The notes under the pieces were generated by a model. The model saw only the letters and a list, made by a program, of their open reading frames with translations. It had not been told where the DNA came from and did not search any database. Positions 1-8,127 of a stretch of DNA of 28,045 nt are shown here, piece after piece (position 1 is the first letter of the stretch; every line of letters begins with the position of its first letter). The position numbers were made by a program, and so were the translations under genes. The DNA is taken from positions 1 through 28,045 of the IMG/VR virus record IMGVR_UViG_3300013132_000200; one strand, given 5' to 3'. This DNA comes from a virus. Lineage: Duplodnaviria > Caudoviricetes.

Positions 1-288
1 AACCATCCAGAAGTTGCCGGAGTGCATCGGAACCAAATATTGAAACTCTGGCCTGTCATCATCGTAAGTCCAGGCTTCAATCTCGTACATTACATGCTTG
101 CTGACGAACGGTGGTTCATCATCTTGCAGAATGTCAAGTAGTTTCACGCCCTTGTCAACCGCAAGCTGGCTGCGTTCAGCATGTGTCGTGCCAACAACAA
201 GACCGGAATTTACAAGATAAGCAGTATCAATGTCGCATGAACTACCATCAGTGCTGACAACTGTAAAGTTTTCAAAATCAAGTGTCAT
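1..288 (-). CDS. hypothetical phage protein (partial, runs off left edge)
   Basis: ATG at 288; open frame MTLDFENFTVVSTDG... to the window edge; hand-translated, not in ORF track. Confidence 0.6.
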   Translation of the reverse strand, partial: MTLDFENFTVVSTDGSSCDIDTAYLVNSGLVVGTTHAERSQLAVDKGVKLLDILQDDEPPFVSKHVMYEIEAWTYDDDRPEFQYLVPMHSGNFWMV

Positions 289-297
289 GATTAAAGA

Positions 298-360
298 TGC
301 AGGATCGAAGCAGGGAATGAATCCTGCAGAAAGCCATCCTGGAGGATGGCAAAGTGCAAG
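298..360 (-). promoter_or_regulatory. intergenic RNA stem-loop with symmetric internal loop (processing or regulatory site candidate)
   Basis: minus strand CUUGCA-CUUU-GCCAUCC-UCCA-GGAUGGC-UUUC-UGCAGG; overlapping alternative stem UGCAGGAU/AUCCUGCA (298-305 with 321-328). Confidence 0.5.
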
Positions 361-362
361 AA

Positions 363-644
363 TCAGTCTTTGATTGGTCTGAGAAACTTTAAGCAGGTAT
401 GATAGTATGTGTTCAAGAACCTGGGAACTTCAGCCTGTGTAGTCACACCTGAATCCAGCAAGTGCTGAAGTAGCAATCTGCCACCTTCAGCATCAGCGTC
501 CCTAAGTGCAAGACTTAAGGTTCCGCCGATCCTGCAAGATTCATCAGCCCAGAAGATTCCATCAATGACCCACTTAGTTGTAAAGTCATCGGTGGAACGT
601 GCAAGATTACGCAGATAATCCCTGGCAGTTGCAGCCTCCATCAT
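363..644 (-). CDS. hypothetical protein
   Basis: ORF; ATGATG start overlaps stop of upstream gene (641-643). Confidence 0.65.
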   Translation of the reverse strand: MMEAATARDYLRNLARSTDDFTTKWVIDGIFWADESCRIGGTLSLALRDADAEGGRLLLQHLLDSGVTTQAEVPRFLNTYYHTCLKFLRPIKD

Positions 645-1267
645 TGAACCTTCATGCAAGCTTCAATCAGCCTGGAAGCCGGGATGTCGTAGTCTTCGTT
701 GATGGTGAAGTATTCCTCACCAATCCGAACTCCAAACGTGTAAAGTGTGCTGGTGATACATTCAGGCATCATGAACACTTCATGGTCCTTGTTGCCTCCA
801 ACCTGTTGCTCCCAGCGTGCAGGGAACAACACCTCAAGTAGCTCCCACCAACGTTGCTCTGTGATCCTCTGAGGGCCTTTGCACAACCTTTCGCGTGCAA
901 GGTCTCGGCTGTGAGCTGAAGCCTCCTCCCAGGGGCACAGGAACGCCTCTGGTGAAACTTTGCCCTGTGCCTTCAGCTCCCCCAACGTCTCGCCTCCGAA
1001 CTGGCAGACCAGAACGTCTGGGGTTGGGCCTGGAACCATGAAACTGTAAATACCAGTGCTGTAAGCTGAAGGCTTGGGGTCGAAAATACAGGTTGTAAGC
1101 TGTGTCATTGTGAGTGCCGTGTCAGTTGCAGTGGGGATAATGTCAGCGATTGCGTGTGGAAACTGGTCGGTGTAAACATCTAGCTTGTAGTCCGCATCTT
1201 CGTAGGTTAGGGCAGACTCGATAACCTTCCAGTTACCTTCGTCATCTAAAATTATAAGGTCGTACAT
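641..1267 (-). CDS. hypothetical protein; C-terminal part resembles DUF1419-like phage proteins
   Basis: start moved to ATG 1267 just after upstream stop; motif ITEQRWWELLEVLFPARW...FMMPECIT recalled as DUF1419-like (unverified). Confidence 0.6.
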   Translation of the reverse strand: MYDLIILDDEGNWKVIESALTYEDADYKLDVYTDQFPHAIADIIPTATDTALTMTQLTTCIFDPKPSAYSTGIYSFMVPGPTPDVLVCQFGGETLGELKAQGKVSPEAFLCPWEEASAHSRDLARERLCKGPQRITEQRWWELLEVLFPARWEQQVGGNKDHEVFMMPECITSTLYTFGVRIGEEYFTINEDYDIPASRLIEACMKVQ

Positions 1268-1268
1268 C

Positions 1269-1445
1269 TCAGTAAATAACTTTTGGTCTGCTGGTCTTAA
1301 AGTGTGGCTTGCTGCAATCAACAATCATGTAGCAAGCCCCACGGCCTGGAAACCAGGTTGTAACAACCTTCTTGTCAGCAGGAAGTCGATCCTCCAAACT
1401 GACAAGATCAACCTTGGTGGCAGGCTTCCAAGTTTGGTGCTTCAT
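1269..1445 (-). CDS. hypothetical protein (58 aa, MKHQTWKPATK...)
   Basis: hand-translated; ATG overlaps upstream TGA; fills the gap in the gene array. Confidence 0.55.
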   Translation of the reverse strand: MKHQTWKPATKVDLVSLEDRLPADKKVVTTWFPGRGACYMIVDCSKPHFKTSRPKVIY

Positions 1446-1639
1446 TCTTCATCCTCCCACAAATCAAAGATTGAGCTGCGAGGTGTTGTCTCGTAAATTG
1501 GATCATCTTGGCCAGCAGGAATAACCTGTGTCTTGCACCTGTAAGTATCAGCAAGATCTTGTGCTTCTTTGATAGCATCTGGATAGTTGGTGGCAAAAAC
1601 CTCTAAGGTTCCTGGGTAGCAGCATTTGGCGTAGTACAT
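1442..1639 (-). CDS. hypothetical protein
   Basis: ORF collinear with array, acidic C-terminus. Confidence 0.6.
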   Translation of the reverse strand: MYYAKCCYPGTLEVFATNYPDAIKEAQDLADTYRCKTQVIPAGQDDPIYETTPRSSIFDLWEDEE

Positions 1640-1675
1640 AGCAAGTAAGCAAGCAAAGTGTAAGGTGGATGGTTG

Positions 1676-1701
1676 ACAGTTTCCGGTACTCTGTCAAACT
1701 T
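1676..1701 (-). repeat. 26-bp direct repeat copy 1 (hairpin-forming)
   Basis: acagtttccggtactctgtcaaactt, identical to 2369-2394; TTGACAG/CTGTCAA inverted arms. Confidence 0.85.
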
Positions 1702-1711
1702 CCCTACTGGA

Positions 1712-2344
1712 TCACACAGTCTCCAGCATTTCTTCTAGTGGCTTGTCGCTGTCATAAACTGGACCGTCAAGGTGTGGCGGCAGATCATCGAAGCTGTGGC
1801 TTCCATACATTGCCTGCTGCCACCTTGCAGCTCCAAAGTTGCCGCTGCCAAAGTAAGTCTTGGCAATCAACCTTGCAAGCTCATCAAGTACATCCCTGTA
1901 GGGATCGCCTGCAATGTCCATCTCTGCACCCATAGGCAAGCAAACATCCTTGCCACCGTGGAACCTTGCAAGTCGCCACACATAGTAGGAACGTGTGTCG
2001 TCTGGCCTCTTGGAACGCAAGGTGCGGGGCTTGCGTCCTGTAACCGCCTTCACCAATGGTGCAAGGTCTGGAGCATGGAACCATCCAGCTCCATCGCAAA
2101 AGCTGCAAGTTTTCCACTTTGTTGGCACATGCCTGCGAGTTCCATCCTCCAACGTGTAACTAAAGCCATCGCTCAGTGTATGCCCTGCACCTTTGCATTT
2201 AGTACAGGCCATCAAAGGTTCAACTGGAACTGGCGCAGTTGCAAGTCCTTGGCACAATGGTTTAGCCTGTGGCTTTACTGCCCTAGCGGGTTCAGGTGGC
2301 TCAAAGTAATTTGGAAGCTCTTTGTAGTAAACCAAGTCGCTCAT
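1712..2344 (-). CDS. Zn-finger protein with two DnaJ-like CxxCxGxG motifs
   Basis: CTKCKGAG and CSFCDGAG motifs; 210-aa ORF. Confidence 0.7.
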   Translation of the reverse strand: MSDLVYYKELPNYFEPPEPARAVKPQAKPLCQGLATAPVPVEPLMACTKCKGAGHTLSDGFSYTLEDGTRRHVPTKWKTCSFCDGAGWFHAPDLAPLVKAVTGRKPRTLRSKRPDDTRSYYVWRLARFHGGKDVCLPMGAEMDIAGDPYRDVLDELARLIAKTYFGSGNFGAARWQQAMYGSHSFDDLPPHLDGPVYDSDKPLEEMLETV

Positions 2345-2368
2345 GGCAGAAAGTGTAGGATTTGCGCA

Positions 2369-2394
2369 ACAGTTTCCGGTACTCTGTCAAACTT
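2369..2394 (-). repeat. 26-bp direct repeat copy 2
   Basis: identical to 1676-1701, intergenic. Confidence 0.85.
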
Positions 2395-2405
2395 GCAAGG
2401 TGTGA

Positions 2406-2597
2406 TCAAGTCCAGCCAGTTTCCGGTGTCCAGACTGTATAGCCAGACCTATCAGAAACCCACTTCCAGTAATCAGTCTCTAAAGTTCGACCATTAAGCA
2501 AGCAAGCCCTGTGGACTAAACGTGTAAAGATTGGGTGGCCATCTTCACGGCTGCCCCACTTGGCTTCAAGCTCGTCAGGGGTTAAGGTGTAAGCCAT
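2406..2597 (-). CDS. hypothetical protein
   Basis: ATG 2597 in TGATG overlap with upstream stop. Confidence 0.6.
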   Translation of the reverse strand: MAYTLTPDELEAKWGSREDGHPIFTRLVHRACLLNGRTLETDYWKWVSDRSGYTVWTPETGWT

Positions 2598-2794
2598 CAC
2601 TCCTCCGTGTAACCAATAAACCACGGATTGCTGTTGTCGCGTCCGTACCTGTCAAGTCTCGCCCTATTGGTGCAAGTACTTGAACTGGAATCAGAATGTT
2701 TGCAAATTGTCTGCGCTTCTTCCAAGGTTAAACCGCGCTTAAGTGTACGGTTGTTGCCATTGAAGCGGAAAAGAACTGTCTTGTAAGTAGTCAC
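2597..2794 (-). CDS. hypothetical protein
   Basis: GTG-start ORF with GLTLEEAQ..C...WFIGY pattern, collinear with array. Confidence 0.6.
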   Translation of the reverse strand: MTTYKTVLFRFNGNNRTLKRGLTLEEAQTICKHSDSSSSTCTNRARLDRYGRDNSNPWFIGYTEE

Positions 2795-2829
2795 AGCGAA
2801 GTAGCGAGTGGATGGTTGAAAGTTGAAAC

Positions 2830-3132
2830 TCAGTAATACTGGGCTCCGATGAACCGAAGTCCGATATAGCCATTGCCCGTGTAACCTGCAACTTGTCCTT
2901 GTCGGATCCAGTAAGCCTCAAAGCCACCGGCCGAAGTATTGGTGTCCAGCCTGTGAGCTTCAAGGATCAGGCTCATGGCGTTTGCTTCCATAGCATCAAT
3001 CGTTGGAAGTCCAAACTCTCCATTCATGTAGGGTCCACCCCACTTCCAATCAACTGCTGCCATCATCTTCTGAACTTTAACAAAGTCAAAGTTGCTGACC
3101 AACCTGCAAGCATGAGAGTAGATGCTGTTCAT
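2830..3132 (-). CDS. conserved phage hypothetical protein
   Basis: FDFxKV..M..VDWKW...PTI...GGF pattern; first gene after promoter cassette A. Confidence 0.7.
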   Translation of the reverse strand: MNSIYSHACRLVSNFDFVKVQKMMAAVDWKWGGPYMNGEFGLPTIDAMEANAMSLILEAHRLDTNTSAGGFEAYWIRQGQVAGYTGNGYIGLRFIGAQYY

Positions 3133-3163
3133 GTGTAAGGCGTGAGGTGTAAGGTGTGAACTT

Positions 3164-3267
3164 GGCCGGGGCTCAGCCTATAACTTCCCCGACCTGATCC
3201 ATAATACCACAGAATCTTGCAGAAGTCAAGCCCAAGGTCCTGCAAGGTTAGCACGCTGTAACAGTAA
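3164..3267 (-). promoter_or_regulatory. promoter cassette A: upstream box, sigma70 promoter, 5' leader hairpin
   Basis: TTGACT(3229-3224)-17 nt-TG-extended TATTAT(3206-3201); box 3247-3267; hairpin arms 3164-3171 and 3187-3194. Confidence 0.8.
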
Positions 3268-3353
3268 GGTTGCCCCCGGTTTTGCCTGCAAGGTTGCCGA
3301 AGGCACCCGCAAGCTGGCAGACTAATCAAAATGCGATAGTGAACTTACAACCT

Positions 3354-3617
3354 TTAACCTGTAACTTTTCTGCTAATTTTTTCTTCAACTTTGATTTCTC
3401 CCTCCCAAGAGTTAACAATTACAATTGCAAGTGCAAAGTTTATCTTGCGATCAAAAATCAATCTACGATTACTGTCTGCGCAGCGGTAGGTAAACTTATC
3501 CTCGATTGAACTGGAATCTACATTGTGGATAATAGAAAATGTAAGCTGAGTCCTCTTGTCATAAGCTGTAGCCTTGTGGATAGAACGTAGCCACTGAAAG
3601 CTCTTAGGTTCATTCAT
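3354..3617 (-). CDS. hypothetical protein
   Basis: ATG 3617 (MNEPKSF...) overlaps the end of the upstream gene. Confidence 0.55.
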   Translation of the reverse strand: MNEPKSFQWLRSIHKATAYDKRTQLTFSIIHNVDSSSIEDKFTYRCADSNRRLIFDRKINFALAIVIVNSWEGEIKVEEKISRKVTG

Positions 3618-4128
3618 TGTAGTTGATTCCATACCATTGATGCCAAGCTTTTGATTTTTTGATTTGAGCAAGCATTGTATCACACAGAGTCTTTGCCTTT
3701 TTGTGTGTAAGCTCCCTAGGCTCACTATTGAAATTCTCGGCTCCAAAATACCTTACAGCATCCATGTATGCAAGTGCACGCTCTACGGGGCAACCTGAAA
3801 GAAAGCTGTCCAGCAGGGCATAGTATGGCCTGCCCGAATAGTCGGCAATAGCCTGTAAGTTCTTGACATCACCGAACCACGCTGGCAGCTCTGGATGAAA
3901 CTTGTTATCTGACAGGCCGTGGAAGCCATCTTCAGCCTTGATTCTGATAAGTGGCTCCAGCTCGATAGAAGTTAGCTCGTACTTGTAGTTGTCATCAACG
4001 TCCAAGATCAGAAGCTCAGGATCGTAAACTCCAGTCCTGTCAACTAGGACGAAGCCGCCTCCGTCCTCCATTGGATCAACGTCTCCAATGTTTTCAATGC
4101 ACCAGTAGCTTGGCTGTTTTGTTTTCAT
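3610..4128 (-). CDS. hypothetical phage protein
   Basis: 172-aa ORF collinear with array. Confidence 0.7.
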   Translation of the reverse strand: MKTKQPSYWCIENIGDVDPMEDGGGFVLVDRTGVYDPELLILDVDDNYKYELTSIELEPLIRIKAEDGFHGLSDNKFHPELPAWFGDVKNLQAIADYSGRPYYALLDSFLSGCPVERALAYMDAVRYFGAENFNSEPRELTHKKAKTLCDTMLAQIKKSKAWHQWYGINYNE

Positions 4129-4131
4129 GGT

Positions 4132-4416
4132 TCAGTCTGCAAAAAGTTCAGCCTGGGTGGTTACTGGGTAATGAAAGATGCAATCTACAACGTTACAAGG
4201 AAGCACGCCGTAGCCTCTCGCATCGTGGAAAGAATCAAAGTAAGGCTCTTCACTGACAACCTCCACGGTTGCATCTTTAACCTCGTATTCACAGAAACCT
4301 TTGTAGGCTCTGTAATCTTTCGGATCATCGTAGTAATCAAACGATGTTTCATCACCGTTGATGATTGCCGATAGCCAGTGAGCTGGCACAGTGTATTCAA
4401 TAGAGTTGAAGTTCAT
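4132..4416 (-). CDS. conserved phage hypothetical protein
   Basis: PAHW.SAIINGD motif recalled from small phage early proteins; ATGA overlap. Confidence 0.7.
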   Translation of the reverse strand: MNFNSIEYTVPAHWLSAIINGDETSFDYYDDPKDYRAYKGFCEYEVKDATVEVVSEEPYFDSFHDARGYGVLPCNVVDCIFHYPVTTQAELFAD

Positions 4417-4619
4417 GGCTGATGATCGTCAGTCTGGCTGTAAATGATGCCTTTCATCAGAGAAGTTGTAGACTCGTCTGTATGCAAAAGCTCCCTCCTT
4501 TTAGCGTCAATGTCCTCAAAGCCATCAATAAACTCATCAAAAGCATCGTCAAAGTCTTCAATGTCACTCTCAAAAGAGTTTGAGATGCAAACGTTAAAGT
4601 AATGGGTGTAGCGTGCCAT
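4413..4619 (-). CDS. small acidic hypothetical protein
   Basis: ATG 4619; very Asp/Glu-rich (ESDIEDFDDAFDEFIDGFEDID). Confidence 0.6.
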   Translation of the reverse strand: MARYTHYFNVCISNSFESDIEDFDDAFDEFIDGFEDIDAKRRELLHTDESTTSLMKGIIYSQTDDHQP

Positions 4620-4660
4620 GTTTGTGTTGAGCGAAGTGTTAGAAATTAAACTTTGCAAGC

Positions 4661-5248
4661 CTAAGTGCAAAGTGCAAGCTGTTTGGGATAGCCAGAAACA
4701 ATGTGCTCTGCCTCTGACTTGCAGTTGTTAAACCCATAAAATCCCCAGCAAGAATCAATGATTTCACCATCTGGAGCTTCAATGATGTAGCCCCAAACAT
4801 CACCACGCAAGTATTGATCGTAGACTTCAACCTCTCCTTTCAGTCCAGCCTCAAGATCGCCATACTCCTTGCTTTCGCTTTCAACGTAAATAAATCCAAC
4901 TTGGCCACTGTCCCATGGGCAACCAAAAGGTCCAGTGCTTATTGACAAGCCACTATGGTCATACAGGTAAAGTGGCAGAACAACAAAGTGCTTGTCAATG
5001 TAAGCCTGTAAGTCCTTTTCTTTGATGTCGTCAGGAACCCACTTACGATGCAACTTGTATTCTCGTTCCCACATCATTTTATGTAGATACTCGCTGAGGG
5101 AGCATGTGGGCTGCTCATCTCCAAGGTCGTAACGTCTGTGCCAGCAAACCATCTTGCCAACATTGTCGTAATCAGTTCTTGGATTAAAATAGCTGTCGTC
5201 TTGCTCAATCTTGATGGTGTAATCATCAATCTCAAATGTTTCAGACAT
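4661..5248 (-). CDS. conserved phage/plasmid/ICE hypothetical protein (YDHSG-WDSGQVG-DSCWGFYG family)
   Basis: motifs LYLYDHSGLSIST, WDSGQVGFIY, YDQYLRGDVWGY, DSCWGFYG. Confidence 0.8.
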   Translation of the reverse strand: MSETFEIDDYTIKIEQDDSYFNPRTDYDNVGKMVCWHRRYDLGDEQPTCSLSEYLHKMMWEREYKLHRKWVPDDIKEKDLQAYIDKHFVVLPLYLYDHSGLSISTGPFGCPWDSGQVGFIYVESESKEYGDLEAGLKGEVEVYDQYLRGDVWGYIIEAPDGEIIDSCWGFYGFNNCKSEAEHIVSGYPKQLALCT

Positions 5249-5253
5249 GTGTT

Positions 5254-5421
5254 TCAGGAGTAAAATGGATTGTCCCAAGACTGAACTTGTTGATCTGTAA
5301 TCTTGCCTTCACAGTGCAAGATATCAATGAAGATGCACCATGCTTCAGCGGCTTCGGGCCTGTCTTTAAGATCAAACCTGAAGCGTTCGGCAAACAAAGT
5401 CTTGGCTTTCTGGAATGTCAT
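5254..5421 (-). CDS. small hypothetical protein (55 aa)
   Basis: hand-translated MTFQKAK...WCIFIDILHCEGKITDQQVQSWDNPFYS; ATGA overlap. Confidence 0.65.
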   Translation of the reverse strand: MTFQKAKTLFAERFRFDLKDRPEAAEAWCIFIDILHCEGKITDQQVQSWDNPFYS

Positions 5422-5681
5422 TGCGAGTCCTCGCTAAACCACTTGTAAAGTATTCGTGTAAGCTCAGAGATTCTTCCAGTATGCTCTTCCCTTTCAATCA
5501 ACGTATAAGCTTTACCAGGAAACACCGCAATCCAAGCATGTTCAGCAAGAACAAGGAAAGAAGAAGGACTAAACTCTGGCCACCAGCTTGAATCAATTCC
5601 ATTATCAACTGCAATCTTGCTGGCATAAAACTCAGAAGGTGTCAGTTTTTTGGCTGAATCAATAAACTCTAGGAAAGTCAT
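5418..5681 (-). CDS. hypothetical protein
   Basis: ORF, TGATG coupling. Confidence 0.6.
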   Translation of the reverse strand: MTFLEFIDSAKKLTPSEFYASKIAVDNGIDSSWWPEFSPSSFLVLAEHAWIAVFPGKAYTLIEREEHTGRISELTRILYKWFSEDSQ

Positions 5682-6004
5682 CAGTTGTAATCAGTAACGA
5701 CAAGAACGTAGTAGTAGCCTTCATGGTCTGCCCCACGGGCTGCAACCTTGAAGTCAGCAATAAAGCCACCGGATGCTTTGCCGGTAAATCTCTCAATCCA
5801 AGCCGTAAGTGCCTCCATTGGATCTTTGGTTTGGAGTCGCAATCTCCAAGCTGTCTGGCTGTCACGTTTGTGAACTGCGGTGCAAACTCGATTGCCATTG
5901 CCATCAAGCTTCTGAGTGACCTTGACGCAGATTCCGGTTTCCATAGCCTGTAATGCGTGCTCCATCTCAAAGTCAAGCTCGATGTCGTCAACCTGAAACT
6001 TCAT
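5681..6004 (-). CDS. hypothetical protein
   Basis: ORF, first gene after promoter cassette B. Confidence 0.65.
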   Translation of the reverse strand: MKFQVDDIELDFEMEHALQAMETGICVKVTQKLDGNGNRVCTAVHKRDSQTAWRLRLQTKDPMEALTAWIERFTGKASGGFIADFKVAARGADHEGYYYVLVVTDYN

Positions 6005-6031
6005 AGTCTGTAACCTGTAAAGTTAGGACAA

Positions 6032-6127
6032 GCTGAGGCTGTAACTTCCCCAGCGCACCTATTATACCATGGCAGCCTGCTTTTAGCAAGTCGAAAGTTC
6101 TGCAAAGTTAGCAGACTGTAACGGTAA
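6032..6127 (-). promoter_or_regulatory. promoter cassette B
   Basis: TTGCTA(6089-6084)-17 nt-TG-extended TATAAT(6066-6061); box 6107-6127; hairpin arms 6032-6038 and 6048-6054. Confidence 0.85.
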
Positions 6128-6171
6128 TTTTTGGGGGCTTTTGTAAGGTTTGGCGGGGGCTGGGTGCAAAC

Positions 6172-6708
6172 TCACTCCACAACAGGAGCTTGCAACCTTT
6201 TGACTTCCAGCTTCTCTTCCATGATCTTAACAAGCTCACAGGTGGAAAGTCCATTCAATAACTTAGAGCTAAGGCTGCTAGCAGCAACACGCTTCAAGGC
6301 GTCAGCTTTACTTCCAGGTGCAATCCCCCAATCAAGAATCTCTCCTTTGCTGCCTAACGTCATTAAGGTAGTCTTACATCTTTGTGTAATCTCATAAGCT
6401 ACAAAGTGTAACTGAATCCATTCATGCAAAGCTGTTTCAGTAATCTCATATCTTGCATCGTCCATCTTGTAATCTGGAATCTTTGATTCCCACCCTTGCT
6501 TCAGCTCAACTGGCTGAATCTCTTTAATTTTTGTCTTGTTCCTGCTAGCGAACCAAGTAAGAACATCTACCTTCTTTGAATAATTTGTCCACTCAAAGAT
6601 CCCAGGTGCAATAAACGCAACCTTGCGGCCATTGGCACTAAGATTGCAAGTATGCCCGCCTTCGCAACGGCGAACACTTTTAACTTCAAGTAGTAAATTT
6701 TGCATCAA
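6172..6708 (-). CDS. hypothetical protein
   Basis: 178-aa ORF overlapping upstream stop. Confidence 0.65.
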   Translation of the reverse strand: MMQNLLLEVKSVRRCEGGHTCNLSANGRKVAFIAPGIFEWTNYSKKVDVLTWFASRNKTKIKEIQPVELKQGWESKIPDYKMDDARYEITETALHEWIQLHFVAYEITQRCKTTLMTLGSKGEILDWGIAPGSKADALKRVAASSLSSKLLNGLSTCELVKIMEEKLEVKRLQAPVVE

Positions 6709-7187
6709 TGAACAAGGTCGATGTACTCGGGAAGAAATTCAGTCCTAATATTGGAACCATCACTCCAAGCAACAAGCGGAGTATGGTGCCAAGTACCAAG
6801 CCACAAAGTAGCAACTTTTGAAACCTTGTCTTCATCCTTCCATGGATAAAAGACAATAACTACAGACTCTCCAATGGAAGCTCCCTTGCGGAACTTCAGT
6901 TCTGTAAACTCAATCGCATTAAGTGCATTGAATTTGCGATCTGTTCTCCAGTTGTAGTTGCAATAAGCTTCGGTACTGTCTACTAAACATTGAACGTCAA
7001 ACTGTGTAAGTCTTGGTGCTGCATAAAAGCTTTCATCATCATTCGGCTTGTAACCTGCTGGAACATAGATACTCTCAGCCTGCATAAACGCAAGGCGCTC
7101 CTTGTTTCCAAGGTAGCTCTTTGTAGACTGCAATCTTTCGATTGTCTCTTTTCTTGTAAACCGATATGGATTCCTTGGTTTTCCCAT
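6705..7187 (-). CDS. hypothetical protein
   Basis: 160-aa ORF. Confidence 0.65.
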   Translation of the reverse strand: MGKPRNPYRFTRKETIERLQSTKSYLGNKERLAFMQAESIYVPAGYKPNDDESFYAAPRLTQFDVQCLVDSTEAYCNYNWRTDRKFNALNAIEFTELKFRKGASIGESVVIVFYPWKDEDKVSKVATLWLGTWHHTPLVAWSDGSNIRTEFLPEYIDLVH

Positions 7188-7242
7188 GTCTCAAGCTATA
7201 AGGCAGAAATCGCCAGCAAGGCGGCTTTGATGTCGAAAGTTG

Positions 7243-7509
7243 TTAGTCCCTCGCCAGCAGGGTAGGATGTGTCTCCTTAGAGCTGCTGGCAGGGTCTGGC
7301 AACGTCCCTGGTTCAACGTAGGAGACCATCAGCACCGATCTGCCACGAGCATCGGCCATTCCGCAATCTGTGATGTGCAGCAAGCCGCGCTTCTCAAGAG
7401 AGCGAGCAACCTTTACCGTTTCAGCGTCAGAAGCAATATAGTGTAGTCCAGGATAACGCTTGCAAAAATCAAGCATGTGCTGTTGCAGGTAGCCAATAGG
7501 ACGGTTCAT
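7243..7509 (-). CDS. hypothetical protein, possibly winged-helix-like
   Basis: VARSLEKRGLL-type helix; ATGA overlap. Confidence 0.55.
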   Translation of the reverse strand: MNRPIGYLQQHMLDFCKRYPGLHYIASDAETVKVARSLEKRGLLHITDCGMADARGRSVLMVSYVEPGTLPDPASSSKETHPTLLARD

Positions 7510-7667
7510 TTTCTAGCTAGAGATGCAAGGATGTTTAAGCAGCCTTCAGATTTTAGCCTCATGGCTTGCTCATGTAGCCAGCTATAGTCATCGGCTTCAA
7601 GCTTTCCATGCTGGATGTTGTTTTTGTCATCTCGATACAACCAGGTAAGCTGCCAACGTTTAGTCAT
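7506..7667 (-). CDS. small hypothetical protein (53 aa)
   Basis: hand-translated MTKRWQLTWLYRDDKNNIQHG...; stop overlaps next ATG. Confidence 0.55.
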   Translation of the reverse strand: MTKRWQLTWLYRDDKNNIQHGKLEADDYSWLHEQAMRLKSEGCLNILASLARK

Positions 7668-7691
7668 TGTTGTTATTTAAGCAAAGGTCAG

Positions 7692-7856
7692 TCATTTAGA
7701 TTGGGTGGGAAAGAGTTTGCAGATAGCATCACACAATACCTTGACAAGTTCAGGGTCGTGTGTGATGCCATACTCTTGGAAGTATTCATCAACAATACAG
7801 TCGATGTCTTCCATGAGTTGCTCACGAGCAGACAACATTTCGAGTTGATCCATCAT
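7692..7856 (-). CDS. conserved cyanophage hypothetical protein
   Basis: REQLMEDIDCIV...LCDA pattern recalled from cyanophages; alternative start 7892. Confidence 0.65.
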   Translation of the reverse strand: MMDQLEMLSAREQLMEDIDCIVDEYFQEYGITHDPELVKVLCDAICKLFPTQSK

Positions 7857-7908
7857 CTGCGGAGTGGTGAATTGAAGTAACGAGTGAAACATAGCACGTT
7901 GTTGTTAT

Positions 7909-8127
7909 TTAATAGTAAAATTGATACATCATAATGGCTGCAACTTGTTCTGCGTCGCCTTTATTAAGTGCAGCAATAAGATCTAAGCATCGCTGTGGCG
8001 TTGTCCAAGGTTTAGGCTTGCCCGATGTCGGATTTAATGGTTTTGGATTAGCCCGTCTGTACTCAGCCCAGCAATCTTCGTCTAAAAGCTTTTTGGCTTT
8101 GGCATACATTGTATCGGAAATCATCAT
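7909..8127 (-). CDS. hypothetical protein
   Basis: ORF, ATGA overlap. Confidence 0.6.
   Translation of the reverse strand: MMISDTMYAKAKKLLDEDCWAEYRRANPKPLNPTSGKPKPWTTPQRCLDLIAALNKGDAEQVAAIMMYQFYY

Noticed and set aside
1673-1697. TTGACA in the 26-bp repeat as a -35 element
   Set aside because: No TAnnnT at 16-18 nt spacing on the coding strand in either copy; better explained as a hairpin arm.
1676-2394. Repeats as a CRISPR array
   Set aside because: Only two copies 693 bp apart with a gene between them; no cas genes (the PD-(D/E)XK nuclease lacks the Cas4 Cys cluster and sits in a Sak operon).
2417-2427. Third partial copy CAGTTTCCGGT
   Set aside because: Only 11 bp and inside a coding region; could be chance.
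1772-2497. Long + strand ORFs (this one, 25581-26288, 12187-12666 and others)
   Set aside because: Antisense shadows of well-supported minus-strand genes with no recognisable motifs.
3247-3262. Upstream box as a canonical NtcA, HLR1 (RpaB) or pho box
   Set aside because: Spacing is GT-N12-AC, not GTA-N8-TAC; direct-repeat matches to HLR1 or pho boxes need three or more mismatches.
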